Positions 8,869 to 18,105 are shown, numbered from the stretch's first letter. The stretch is 37,203 nucleotides of DNA from Lacipirellulaceae bacterium (GCA_036271295.1 DATBAY010000533.1:1-37203), one strand, 5' to 3'. Notes: generated from the sequence alone by a model not told the origin. Made by a program: numbers and translations.

Positions 8869-10713
8869 CTAACGTGCAAATGGCCGAAGAACAATTCCTG
8901 CTGCCAGAAGCGACATCAATTGCAGCGTTGTCGAAGGTTCGGGCACCGCGGCGCTGCCAATGCCGCCCCCGCCAGCCGCGCCGAGCGCGCCAAAGTTGGA
9001 ACGCCAAAGATCGTAGTCGGCGGCATCAACGACGCCGTTGAGGTTGGCGTCGGCGCGCAGATCTGTCGAAGATCCGGCCGTGTCGCGCCAAATTGCATAA
9101 TCGCGGGCGTCCACGATGCCATCCTGATTGAAATCTCCCGTCAGAGGGGCGGCCAGGTTCACGAGCCGCATGTTGTCGAAGTAAATAGAGGCCGCGTCCG
9201 TTCCCCAGTTGCTGTTGAGAGCTAAGTAGATGTTGTACGACGATGCCCCAGCTGGAAGCCCAGACCAGCTTGTGAGCGGAATCGCAACATGCAGTGTTTG
9301 GTTGGTGCGCCCGTTGGTGCCGCCCAGGCTGTCGACTTGCGACCAAGTACCGGACGCGGTCTGGATCGCGATGGATTCGTTGATGAACGTTACGCCGGCG
9401 TTTTGAGGAATCGAGGCCGTGTTGTACGTGACATCGAACTCGAGACGATAGTTGGCACGGTTGTCGGCTAACGCCAACGCTAGAGCACTGAGTTGAGCAC
9501 CGGTGAGTGTAATGCCAGCGTCCCAATTGAATCCGCTTCCCGTTTGGGTGACAGCCATACTGTGGGTGCCGGCGGTTGCCCCCGTGGTCGACTGGCCGAC
9601 GGATGCGGGCTTGCTGTTCGCAAAGTTAGCAAATTGCCAACCTTCAAGATTGTTTTCCCAAGAGAACAACGTTTGCGTCGGCGAACCGTGAGGCGGTGGT
9701 GACGGTCCGGAACCGCCGTAATACTGCTGTAAAATGGCTTGCGCCGGTTTGTTCTGTGGCGTATAGCCGGCATCGCTCGTGCCTCCGGCATACGGATTCG
9801 TTTCCCAGCTCCACCAAAAGGCGCCGTCCCACCAAGGCTTGGTGTTCATCACCGACAGCAATGCGTGATACGAATCAGCTTGTTCTTGCAGATCAACCGT
9901 CGGCGTACCAGGAACACCGTACGGCGCCTGCGCCGCGCCGTCAGCCGATTGATAACCCACTTCGGTGAACAAAACTTGTTTGTTCGACAGCCCACTACTG
10001 TTCCGCCAGGCGTCGATCGAGTTGGCCTGATTCTGCCAGGCGGTTGTGAGACCAGCCAGCGTGGTGCTGTTTTGTGTCGCGATAGGAAAGTAAGCGTCAA
10101 TGCCAATGTAATCGAGCTGGTTCCACCACGGCACATTCTGGTAACCGCCAATATTCTGGCTAAGCGGACCCCAATTCGCAGCGTAAGTCAGCTTACCGCT
10201 GTATCGCGAACGCATGTTCGAAATGAGGTTGGACCAATTTGCGTTATTGGAAGACTCTTCCAATGTGTTCATCTCACAGCCGATCGAGAGCAGTTCCACT
10301 CCCTTTTGCTGGGCCAAGTCTGCAAAGCTGCCAATGTAGTTCGTGTAGTTTGAAAACCATTGGTCCTTGTTGCTCGGGTCGATGTAGGCGCGCCACGTCC
10401 CGGCCGAGTCAGAAACATCCAACATCGGCTTGAGTAGCACCTTCATGCCGAGGCTGTGGATCGTGTCGATGGCGTGAGCAACGGAGCTCATTGTCGAACT
10501 GTATCGAGAGAAATCTGCGGCCATCGTATTGGCAGTCGTAGAACTCTGGAACCACCAGAAGTTCAGCGCGACCGTATCGGTGCCCACCATCGACATATTG
10601 AGAAGCGACTGGTCGGAGCCGGCGCTAGAGAGCACGTCGCTACCAAAGGACGTGTACGACATGCCCTGGTACGCCGGCGCAGCCAGCGCCCTGGAAGCGA
10701 ATGCTCCCACCAC
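8869..10713 (-). CDS. Secreted clan GH-A-like glycoside hydrolase with CBM-like beta-sandwich, two dockerin-like Ca-loop repeats and a PEP-CTERM anchor
   Basis: 614-aa ORF. The TIM-barrel-like N-terminal half has candidate acid/base and nucleophile Glu residues (LLSIGCEMNTLEE, VLFTEVGYQS). The middle module runs LFSWENNLEGWQF...IYFDNMRLVN. Dockerin-like repeats are DFNQDGIVDARDYAIWRD and DANLNGVVDAADYDLWRSNFG. The C-terminus is VPEPS (8932-8946) plus a hydrophobic helix and basic tail. The true start is probably upstream of the GTG at 10713 (see findings). Confidence 0.8.
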   Translation of the reverse strand: MVGAFASRALAAPAYQGMSYTSFGSDVLSSAGSDQSLLNMSMVGTDTVALNFWWFQSSTTANTMAADFSRYSSTMSSVAHAIDTIHSLGMKVLLKPMLDVSDSAGTWRAYIDPSNKDQWFSNYTNYIGSFADLAQQKGVELLSIGCEMNTLEESSNNANWSNLISNMRSRYSGKLTYAANWGPLSQNIGGYQNVPWWNQLDYIGIDAYFPIATQNSTTLAGLTTAWQNQANSIDAWRNSSGLSNKQVLFTEVGYQSADGAAQAPYGVPGTPTVDLQEQADSYHALLSVMNTKPWWDGAFWWSWETNPYAGGTSDAGYTPQNKPAQAILQQYYGGSGPSPPPHGSPTQTLFSWENNLEGWQFANFANSKPASVGQSTTGATAGTHSMAVTQTGSGFNWDAGITLTGAQLSALALALADNRANYRLEFDVTYNTASIPQNAGVTFINESIAIQTASGTWSQVDSLGGTNGRTNQTLHVAIPLTSWSGLPAGASSYNIYLALNSNWGTDAASIYFDNMRLVNLAAPLTGDFNQDGIVDARDYAIWRDTAGSSTDLRADANLNGVVDAADYDLWRSNFGALGAAGGGGIGSAAVPEPSTTLQLMSLLAAGIVLRPFAR

Positions 10714-10850
10714 CGCCAGCGCCAGAATGAGAAATGCCCGATTTATGAAAAAACTCCCGTGGCCAGAGCTGCCAAGCGGCCATTATAGCGAGCTGCCTGC
10801 GAATTGCCCAAAAGAATCGCCGAGCGGCGAGGCTTTACGCACCGAACCGA

Positions 10851-13800
10851 CTAGACAGGTTCGACTGGGCTTGGCATTTTTTCGGCTGCTTGAAGTTGGT
10901 GCGGAGCGATGATCGGTTTGTCTCCGGTTAACTTGCGAATCACCGCGTAAAACACGGGAGTTACGAACAACCCAAATACGGTAACACCAATCATGCCATA
11001 GAATACAACCGTTCCCAGTGCCTGTCGCATTTCCGCCCCTGCACCGGTCGCCACAAGCAACGGCAACACGCCCAAAATAAATGCAAAGCTGGTCATCAGA
11101 ATTGGCCGCAAGCGCAACCGCGCGGCGTTAATTGCCGCCCGGCCAGCGCGCAGTTCTGGATCGTGCTCTTGCTGCTGCTTCGCAAATTCCACGATAAGCA
11201 CTGCGTTCTTCACACTCATGCCCGCAAGCACAACGAACCCGATTTGGGTAAATATGTTATTGTCGTGCCCCGTGAGATACACACCCGCGATGCCGCACAG
11301 CAAGCACATCGGCACGATCAAGATGATTGCCGCCGAAAGCGCGAAGCTCTCGTACTCGGCCGAGTGCGTAAGGAAGACGAATAGAACGCACAGTGGGAAA
11401 ATGTACAGCGCCGTGTTACCGGCAGTCTCCTCCTGGTACGCAAGCTCGGTCCACTCGTAGCTGAACCCAGCAGGCAAGACCTTCTTGGCGAGATTGCCCA
11501 TAATCTCAATTGCCTGCCCGCTGCTGACGCCAGGCGCGCCCGCCCCGTTGATTTCGGCGGAGGGATAAAGATCATATCGATTGATGCGGTCGGCATCCGC
11601 AATGTCTTTAAGATCCATTACCGTGCCGAGCGGAACCATATCGCCAGCATTGTTGCGCGTTTTCAGCTGCGCCACATCCGACGCCACCGCTCGGAAAGGC
11701 GCATCGGCTTGGGCAATCACTTTATACGTGCGGCCTAAGTAATTAAAATCGTTGATGTAGAAGCTGCCCATATTCACCTGCAGCGTCTGGAAAATATTCG
11801 TAACCGCTACATTCTCTTTCTTCGCTTTTACACGATCGACGTTCGCCCACAATTGTGGAACGCTGGCGCGGAATGAGCTGAATGTCGCCGCGATACGAGG
11901 ATCTTTACCGGCTTCGGCAATGAGCGCCTGCGTGGCAGCCTCGAGTTGCTGTGGCGTTGCATGCCCGGAGCGGTCCTCCACTTGCATTTTGAAACCACCC
12001 GCTTGTCCAATGCCTTGCACTGGCGGCGGCAGAAGCACGAGCGAGAACGCCTCTTGGATATGACTGTATTCCTGATTCAAATATGCGGAGATCGCTTTCG
12101 CAGACTGCTCCGGCTTGCCGTTGCGCTCTGAAAAGTGCTTGAGCGGCAAAAAGATCACGGCCGCATTCGTTTGATTCGTCCCCGTCAGCAGGTTAAGGCC
12201 AGTGACTGCAAACGTGCCCTCGATGCCCGGCCTTTTCATCGCGATTTCAGACATGCGAGCCAAGACTTCATTTGTGCGATCAATCGACGAGGCATCAGGC
12301 AACTGCAGCGCCACGATCAAGTAGCCCTGATCTTGCGCGGGAATGAATCCAACGGGAACTGTCTTAAAGCCCAAATAGGTCACGAACAAAAGACCGGCAT
12401 AAACGGCGAGGACCAGGACGGAAAGCCGGACCGCGTAATGAAGAACACTAACATAGGCGGCGTTCAACTTGTCTAAGCCGAAGTTGAACAATCGGAAGAA
12501 CCAGCCTAGCGTTAGATCAACGAATCGGGTCAACAAATCGCGCTTGGCGGTGTGCGGCTTAAGAATCAATGCGGCAAGCGCGGGACTGAGTGTCAACGAA
12601 TTGAAAGCCGACAATAACGTCGAGAACGAAATCGTCAACGCGAATTGGCGATAGAACTGCCCCGTAATTCCACTGATGAACGCCACCGGGACGAAAACGG
12701 CCGTGAGACCGCATGCGATAGCAATGACGGCCGGCGTCACCTCTTGCATGGCGCGGTAAGTCGCATCGCGCGGCGAAAGGCCAGCTTCGATCCAACGATC
12801 GACGTTTTCCACCACGACGATGGCGTCATCCACCACGATGCCGATCGCGAGCACCAAACCGAACATCGAGAGGTTGTTCAGCGAGAAGCCAAACACGGCC
12901 ATCACGCCGAACGTGCCCACAATCGAAACAGGAATCGCGAGTAGCGGCACGATCGACGCGCGCCAATTCTGGAGAAATACCAACACGACGAGCGCGACGA
13001 GCGCGATCGCCTCGAGCAGCGTTTTCACAACGTCTTGAATACTGTCGCGAACAAACGTGGTCGTATCATAAGGAATCGCGTAATCGACACCGGTAGGAAA
13101 ATTCGCCTTCAGTTCTTCGAGTTTTTTGTAAATTGCATTTGCAGTGGCAATCGAATTGGACCCAGGCAACTGAAACACGCCGATGCCAACCGCAGGCTTA
13201 CCGTTGAAGTGAGTGTTCGTCGTGTAGTCGGCGGCGCCCAAGTCGATGCGAGCCACGTCCTTCAACCGCGTGACGCTTCCATCGGCGCCGGTCTTAATAA
13301 CGATGTCCGCGAACTGCTGCGGTTCGACAAGCCGGCCTTGCGCATTGATTGTGTATTGGAACGGCGTTGTACCCGCGGGCAACGGCGGCCCGCCGACGAT
13401 TCCCGCTGCCACTTGAATATTCTGCTCCTGAACCGCGGCAATTATGTCTTCCGCGACAATTTTCCGAGACGCCATCTGTTCGGGATTCAGCCACAACCGC
13501 ATCGAATAATCGCGGGCGCCAAAGATCACGAGGTCGCCAACGCCCGGCAGGCGTGCCAGTTCGTCTTTAACTTGCAGCGTCACGAAATTGCTCAAGTACA
13601 GCGGCTCGCGGCTGTTGTCTGGTGAATAAACCGCGATACCCAATGTGATATTCGGCGAGGCCTTCTTCACAACAATGCCGGCCCGCTGTACGTCTTGCGG
13701 CAACAGCGGCTGGGCAATGGCCACGCGATTTTGCACCTGCACCTGGGCGATATCGAGGTCCGTTCCCAGCTTGAACGTGACGGTCAGAGTCATCGTGCCG

Positions 13801-14060
13801 TTGTTCGTGCTCTGGCTAGACATGTAAATCATGCCTTCCACGCCGTTGATCTGCTCCTCGATGGGCGTCGCGACCGTTTCGGCAACTGTCTTCGCGTTGG
13901 CGCCGGGATAGTTGCAAGTGACGGTCACCGTCGGTGGTGCAATATCCGGATACTGCGCAATCGGGAGTGTGAAGATAGAAATAGCGCCCACGATTACCGT
14001 GACAATCGAAAGCACGGCCGCGAAAACGGGGCGGTCAATGAAGAAGTAGGCGAATTTCAT
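10851..14060 (-). CDS. RND efflux transporter permease, HAE1/AcrB-like
   Basis: 1069-aa ORF. The N-terminus MKFAYFFIDRPVFAAVLSIVTVIVG...PIAQYPDIAPPTVTVT is AcrB-like. Layout is the 12-TM RND type with two large periplasmic loops. The ATG overlaps the upstream adaptor stop (ATGA at 14057-14060). Confidence 0.95.
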   Translation of the reverse strand: MKFAYFFIDRPVFAAVLSIVTVIVGAISIFTLPIAQYPDIAPPTVTVTCNYPGANAKTVAETVATPIEEQINGVEGMIYMSSQSTNNGTMTLTVTFKLGTDLDIAQVQVQNRVAIAQPLLPQDVQRAGIVVKKASPNITLGIAVYSPDNSREPLYLSNFVTLQVKDELARLPGVGDLVIFGARDYSMRLWLNPEQMASRKIVAEDIIAAVQEQNIQVAAGIVGGPPLPAGTTPFQYTINAQGRLVEPQQFADIVIKTGADGSVTRLKDVARIDLGAADYTTNTHFNGKPAVGIGVFQLPGSNSIATANAIYKKLEELKANFPTGVDYAIPYDTTTFVRDSIQDVVKTLLEAIALVALVVLVFLQNWRASIVPLLAIPVSIVGTFGVMAVFGFSLNNLSMFGLVLAIGIVVDDAIVVVENVDRWIEAGLSPRDATYRAMQEVTPAVIAIACGLTAVFVPVAFISGITGQFYRQFALTISFSTLLSAFNSLTLSPALAALILKPHTAKRDLLTRFVDLTLGWFFRLFNFGLDKLNAAYVSVLHYAVRLSVLVLAVYAGLLFVTYLGFKTVPVGFIPAQDQGYLIVALQLPDASSIDRTNEVLARMSEIAMKRPGIEGTFAVTGLNLLTGTNQTNAAVIFLPLKHFSERNGKPEQSAKAISAYLNQEYSHIQEAFSLVLLPPPVQGIGQAGGFKMQVEDRSGHATPQQLEAATQALIAEAGKDPRIAATFSSFRASVPQLWANVDRVKAKKENVAVTNIFQTLQVNMGSFYINDFNYLGRTYKVIAQADAPFRAVASDVAQLKTRNNAGDMVPLGTVMDLKDIADADRINRYDLYPSAEINGAGAPGVSSGQAIEIMGNLAKKVLPAGFSYEWTELAYQEETAGNTALYIFPLCVLFVFLTHSAEYESFALSAAIILIVPMCLLCGIAGVYLTGHDNNIFTQIGFVVLAGMSVKNAVLIVEFAKQQQEHDPELRAGRAAINAARLRLRPILMTSFAFILGVLPLLVATGAGAEMRQALGTVVFYGMIGVTVFGLFVTPVFYAVIRKLTGDKPIIAPHQLQAAEKMPSPVEPV

Positions 14061-15382
14061 TTACGCGTGGCAGGCACCGGGCGAGTCGCAGAGGGAGGCT
14101 GATTGCCCTCGTTGGGTTTGGATTGTGAAGACGTTGCATCGTTGCTGGGCGCCATGCCCGCGATATCTACCCCAGGATCGGAGAAATCCGCTTCGTTCAC
14201 CTTGATATCAGTTTCGATCGGATTCACCACCGAGCCAGGTCGGGCATGCATCTGACCGTTGATCACCACACGATCCTCGGGCCCGATGCCAGAAACGACC
14301 GATCGTAGCCCGCCGAAGAGAGCACCGAGCGCAACCGGGCGGACGCTTACTTTGTTTTCTTTATCAACCACCAGCACATCACGCTGACTCTGGTCATTGC
14401 CAATTGCCGTATCCGGAACGAGCACAGCGTGATATCGACCGCTACCCGGGATCCTCAGTCGTGCAAACAAACCTGGAATGAGTTCACCCGACTTATTCTC
14501 CAACACACCACGAATGCGCTGCGTGCCGGTCGTCGTATCGACGTGGTTATCGACAAAATCGATGACGCCTTTGTGCGGATAACCGGTTTCATTTCCCAGT
14601 TGCACGTAACAAGGCACTCTTCCGCCGCGCGTGCTCAGCAGCGCGCGTTCCTTGGCGAGCTTCACATACTTCAAGACCGAGTTTTCATCCACATCAACGT
14701 AGCACCAGATCGGTGATACGGATTGAACGGTCGTCAGCATGGTCATTTGGCCCATGGCCGTGCCGCCCATGACAAGATTTCCGACCGTCACGGCCTTATT
14801 GCTCACACGCCCATCGATCGGCGACAAAACACGACACCACTCCAAATTCAGTTGACTGAATTCTTCTGCCGCTTTCGCAGCAGCCAGCGCCGCCTTAGTC
14901 TGTTCTACGACCGCCCCCGCGTTATCTAGCTCTTGCTGCGAAACAGCGCCCGGATTGCTCTTCTTCAACGTAGAGACTCGCTGATAAGTAACGTTAGCAA
15001 TGGCAAGAGTGGCCTCCGCTTTCTGCTCGTCCGCGATCTTCGAATTCAAATCGGCCTTGAACGGCCGATCATCAATCAACGCTAGCAAATCGCCCTTCTT
15101 AACGATCGAACCTTCTTGAAATGGCATCTCTGTAATCAACCCGCTGACACGGGCAGCCACGTTCGCCACCTCGGGCGCTTGAAGATAACCTGTGTACGTA
15201 TCCCACTCGACCACGTCTTTCTCCACCGGGTGGGCAACGCTGACATCGGCCGGTGGCGGAGCCGATGCGACTGGGCTTTGTTTATGACACCCGACCGCAC
15301 TGGTTACGACGAGCGCGACCAGGCTCGCAAATCGCAGCCATTCGGCCCGCCGCACCAAACTTTCTCGCAATGGTTTACACAT
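14057..15382 (-). CDS. RND efflux periplasmic adaptor (membrane fusion protein), probable lipoprotein
   Basis: The track ORF is 14057-15628. I prefer the ATG at 15382, giving MCKPLRESLVRRAEWLRFASLVALVVTSAVGC (lipoprotein-type signal). It has a coiled-coil hairpin region (ADEQKAEATLAIANVTYQRV ... AALAAAKAAEEFSQLNLEW) and a beta-barrel region typical of HlyD/AcrA-like adaptors. It is translationally coupled to the RND gene. Confidence 0.9.
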   Translation of the reverse strand: MCKPLRESLVRRAEWLRFASLVALVVTSAVGCHKQSPVASAPPPADVSVAHPVEKDVVEWDTYTGYLQAPEVANVAARVSGLITEMPFQEGSIVKKGDLLALIDDRPFKADLNSKIADEQKAEATLAIANVTYQRVSTLKKSNPGAVSQQELDNAGAVVEQTKAALAAAKAAEEFSQLNLEWCRVLSPIDGRVSNKAVTVGNLVMGGTAMGQMTMLTTVQSVSPIWCYVDVDENSVLKYVKLAKERALLSTRGGRVPCYVQLGNETGYPHKGVIDFVDNHVDTTTGTQRIRGVLENKSGELIPGLFARLRIPGSGRYHAVLVPDTAIGNDQSQRDVLVVDKENKVSVRPVALGALFGGLRSVVSGIGPEDRVVINGQMHARPGSVVNPIETDIKVNEADFSDPGVDIAGMAPSNDATSSQSKPNEGNQPPSATRPVPATRK

Positions 15383-15491
15383 GATTATTCGATCGCCCCA
15401 GCGATTATTCTTATCGACGAGCCCGCCGCTTTTTGAAACACGCGGGCTTTGATGTAGCAGAGAGTCAATTCCGGCAGTTGGTTCAGCTAGC

Positions 15492-15929
15492 TCACACGAT
15501 GTTAGATTTTGCGGCCCGACGTCTACTCGATGGAACGAGACGGCGCGAATCCGCCGTACGTCCACGCCCAACTGCCTTTTTGACGCGCTTCTTCGACGAA
15601 GCTTCGCACTCTTTTTGGTACGCCTCAAGAATGGCTTTCACCATTGCGCCGAATTTTTCGGCGATGTCCTCGCAGCGCACCCGATTCTGCAACTCGACCC
15701 CCCGCCGTTCACTGCGAACGAGACCAGCCTCGCGCAGAATTTTGAAGTGTTGCGACAACGTCGATTTCGGCAACGGTGTCGACTTGACGTTCGCAAACGT
15801 GGTGCAGTTCTTGGTGCAATCGGCACTTAACAACTGCATAAAGATCTCCACCCGCACCGGATCTGAAAGGGCGTACAAAACGCCCTGCACGGTGATCTCG
15901 TCTGGATGCGGATGGTAGATAGGCCTCAC
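15492..15929 (-). CDS. ArsR/SmtB-family winged-helix transcriptional regulator with a basic C-terminal tail
   Basis: 145-aa ORF with GTG start. ALSDPVRVEIFMQLL ... LSQHFKILREAGLV matches the ArsR HTH pattern. It is first in line and co-directional with the adaptor and RND genes. Confidence 0.85.
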   Translation of the reverse strand: MRPIYHPHPDEITVQGVLYALSDPVRVEIFMQLLSADCTKNCTTFANVKSTPLPKSTLSQHFKILREAGLVRSERRGVELQNRVRCEDIAEKFGAMVKAILEAYQKECEASSKKRVKKAVGRGRTADSRRLVPSSRRRAAKSNIV

Positions 15930-15961
15930 GCTTAAAGTTTAGGTCTCCATGGCGGCTTTGT

Positions 15962-15998
15962 CCAATAGTTCACAAAACGTGGACTATGGAACTATTGG
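15962..15998. promoter_or_regulatory. 10-bp perfect inverted repeat (CCAATAGTTC-N17-GAACTATTGG), candidate ArsR operator
   Basis: Read directly: left arm 15962-15971, right arm 15989-15998. It lies 33-69 nt upstream of the ArsR GTG (15929) in the 185-nt gap to the esterase gene. ArsR/SmtB repressors typically bind imperfect or perfect inverted repeats over their own promoter. Confidence 0.35.
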
Positions 15999-16114
15999 CC
16001 AGTATTAGCAAGCAGATTCCTAAAATTGGCCTGCTCCAGCCTAATTACCCCAACGAAATAAGTCACCCAGCGAAACCCCCCTCCGACCGCAGCTAAGGCA
16101 GGCGGGTAATCCCT

Positions 16115-17266
16115 CTAGTTGGGCGCGGGCTTTTCACCGCCCGATGCGCTCTTACCAGCCGCGCCATGGAAGTCCTTCCACAGCCATTCGAGTGCTTCGG
16201 GAAGCGTCTGTTGCTTTACGCTTCCTTCGCAATGGCCCGCGTTGCGGACAAACACGAACTGGTATTGGTAGCCCTTTTCGGCCAGCGCCTTGGCCAAATT
16301 CTCGTTGGCCACCACCCAATCGTGCATGTTGTCGTGCATCGAGTTGGGATTCAAAAGATCTCGATCGCCAACCTCGAGCCAAATCCGCAACGGCTTTGCC
16401 GGGCTGTTCGGAATTAGATGTTCGTGAAACTCCCAAGCGCCGTGCGGCGTTTCCGAATTGTGTGGCCACTGTTGATTTACATAAGTACCGGAATACGTGA
16501 GCACGCGGTGATAAAGCTCCGGGTGATACCATGCCATCGCCAAGGCGCAAGATCCTCCCGAGCTGCAGCCCATGGTCGCTCGGGCATTCGGGTCATTCGT
16601 CAGCTTCACGTTGCATTTCGATTCAACGAACGGCAGCACTTCTTTCTCGACGAACTCCGCGTACTTGCCAGACATCGTGTCGTACTCAAGGCCCCGCTCA
16701 CTGCCTTGCGCATCGCCGCTGCCATTGCCGATTGAAATCGCGATCATCGCCGGAACGCGATGCGCCGCGATCAAGCTATCCAATGCGGTGAACATTAGCT
16801 GGTCAGGCCCATCCGCCCCCACGATGAATGGGGCGTTAGTGCCTGTCACATATTGCTTCGGAACATAGACCGTAACTTTTCTGGTGTAGGGTGCCGGATG
16901 ACTGGTCATAACAACGAGCTTGGCTGGATCGTCTGGATCCGCCGTGCCGAACGTGTTCTGCTCCCGCGCTATCCCGGGATAGATCTTGCTGTCGGTAGAA
17001 TCCATCTTGAGACTGAAAATCTCGCCCCTGGGCACGCCCTCGGCCGCGGTCATTTCCGGCGCGCGTTCATGCGTCGGCCCAACGATAAAGTTGCCTTCCC
17101 GATCCACCGGAGGCACCTGCCCGTCAGGCAGCTCTTTGGCGTCGACGTATCCCGGCGTATGCGGATCGCGCGTCGGCGGTGTCGGTCGACCCGCCGCGGA
17201 CGATGGCGCCCTTACAACAGCTAGAAAAGCAAGCGACAACATTGCAATCGGAAGCTTCGTTTTCAT
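16115..17266 (-). CDS. Secreted alpha/beta-hydrolase esterase (putative esterase / enterochelin-esterase-like family)
   Basis: The track ORF is 16115-17410. I prefer the ATG at 17266, giving MKTKLPIAMLSLAFLAVVRAPSSAAG (signal peptide). The serine elbow context is MGCSSGGSCALAMAWYHPELY, and it ends FVFVRNAGHCEG. Confidence 0.8.
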   Translation of the reverse strand: MKTKLPIAMLSLAFLAVVRAPSSAAGRPTPPTRDPHTPGYVDAKELPDGQVPPVDREGNFIVGPTHERAPEMTAAEGVPRGEIFSLKMDSTDSKIYPGIAREQNTFGTADPDDPAKLVVMTSHPAPYTRKVTVYVPKQYVTGTNAPFIVGADGPDQLMFTALDSLIAAHRVPAMIAISIGNGSGDAQGSERGLEYDTMSGKYAEFVEKEVLPFVESKCNVKLTNDPNARATMGCSSGGSCALAMAWYHPELYHRVLTYSGTYVNQQWPHNSETPHGAWEFHEHLIPNSPAKPLRIWLEVGDRDLLNPNSMHDNMHDWVVANENLAKALAEKGYQYQFVFVRNAGHCEGSVKQQTLPEALEWLWKDFHGAAGKSASGGEKPAPN

Positions 17267-17346
17267 TCGACCCAGTGTACCGCAATTCTGTTTACAATGT
17301 GGCTTTACGAGCGGTGATCCTAAACCTCGATAATTCAGCCTTTGGC

Positions 17347-18057
17347 ATGAAGTATTTCGTCGGCACGAGTGGCTACTCTTACGCGGCATGGAAAGGCATT
17401 TTCTATCCACCCAAATTGCCTGCCAAGGAAATGTTAGGTTTTTATAGTGAGCATTTCTCGGCGGTTGAAATCAATGGCACTTTTCGCAAGCTGCCAAAGC
17501 TGGAGGCTGTGAAATCTTGGATCGAACAGGTGCCCAAGGGCTTTCGCTTCACGCTGAAGGCGCCGCAAGCGATTACACACTTCAAACGCCTGAAAGAGGC
17601 TGAAGGAATCACAAACGAATTACTGACTCTGGCAAAAGCTATCGGCAAGCGCCAAGGCCCCGTCTTGTTTCAGCTGCCGCCGAACTTCAAAAAAGACTTG
17701 CCGCGCCTTGACGCTTTTCTGACCATGCTGGATGGCCGCGCTCCCTGCGCATTCGAATTCCGGCATGCAAGTTGGTTCGATGATGAAGTGTTTAACTGCA
17801 TGAAGACGCACCGGTGCGGCCTGTGTATCGCCGACGCCGACGATCTTCCTCAACCTGAGTTCGTAGCCACTGCTAATTGGGCGTACCTCCGACTTCGTCG
17901 CGAGAAATATACCGCCAAACAACTACAACTCTGGATCGACAAACTGCTCGCAGCCAAGCTTCGAGAGGCCTATGTATTCTTCAAGCACGAAGACACCGGC
18001 AGCGGTCCCAAGCTTGCCACCCGTTTCATCAAGCTGGTCGACTCCTTGGATAAGTAA
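17347..18057 (+). CDS. DUF72 (UPF0759) family protein
   Basis: The track ORF starts at 17179. The ATG at 17347 gives MKYFVGTSGYSYAAWKGIFYPPKLPAKEMLGFYSEHFSAVEINGTFRKLP, the canonical DUF72 N-terminus. The 56-aa extension would overlap the divergent esterase gene. Confidence 0.85.
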   Translation: MKYFVGTSGYSYAAWKGIFYPPKLPAKEMLGFYSEHFSAVEINGTFRKLPKLEAVKSWIEQVPKGFRFTLKAPQAITHFKRLKEAEGITNELLTLAKAIGKRQGPVLFQLPPNFKKDLPRLDAFLTMLDGRAPCAFEFRHASWFDDEVFNCMKTHRCGLCIADADDLPQPEFVATANWAYLRLRREKYTAKQLQLWIDKLLAAKLREAYVFFKHEDTGSGPKLATRFIKLVDSLDK

Positions 18058-18105
18058 TACCGCCGACTACGACGCAAGTCTTGTAATTTGCAGCGCGAGG
18101 TCCGA

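Noticed and set aside
15383-15628. N-terminal extensions of track ORFs (adaptor 15383-15628, esterase 17267-17410, DUF72 17179-17346, transglutaminase-like 22949-23038, DUF1501 25496-25516)
   Set aside because: The extensions are basic or low-complexity and precede an internal Met followed by a clean signal peptide or the canonical family N-terminus. Some would overlap the neighbouring divergent gene. I chose the shorter starts, without experimental support.
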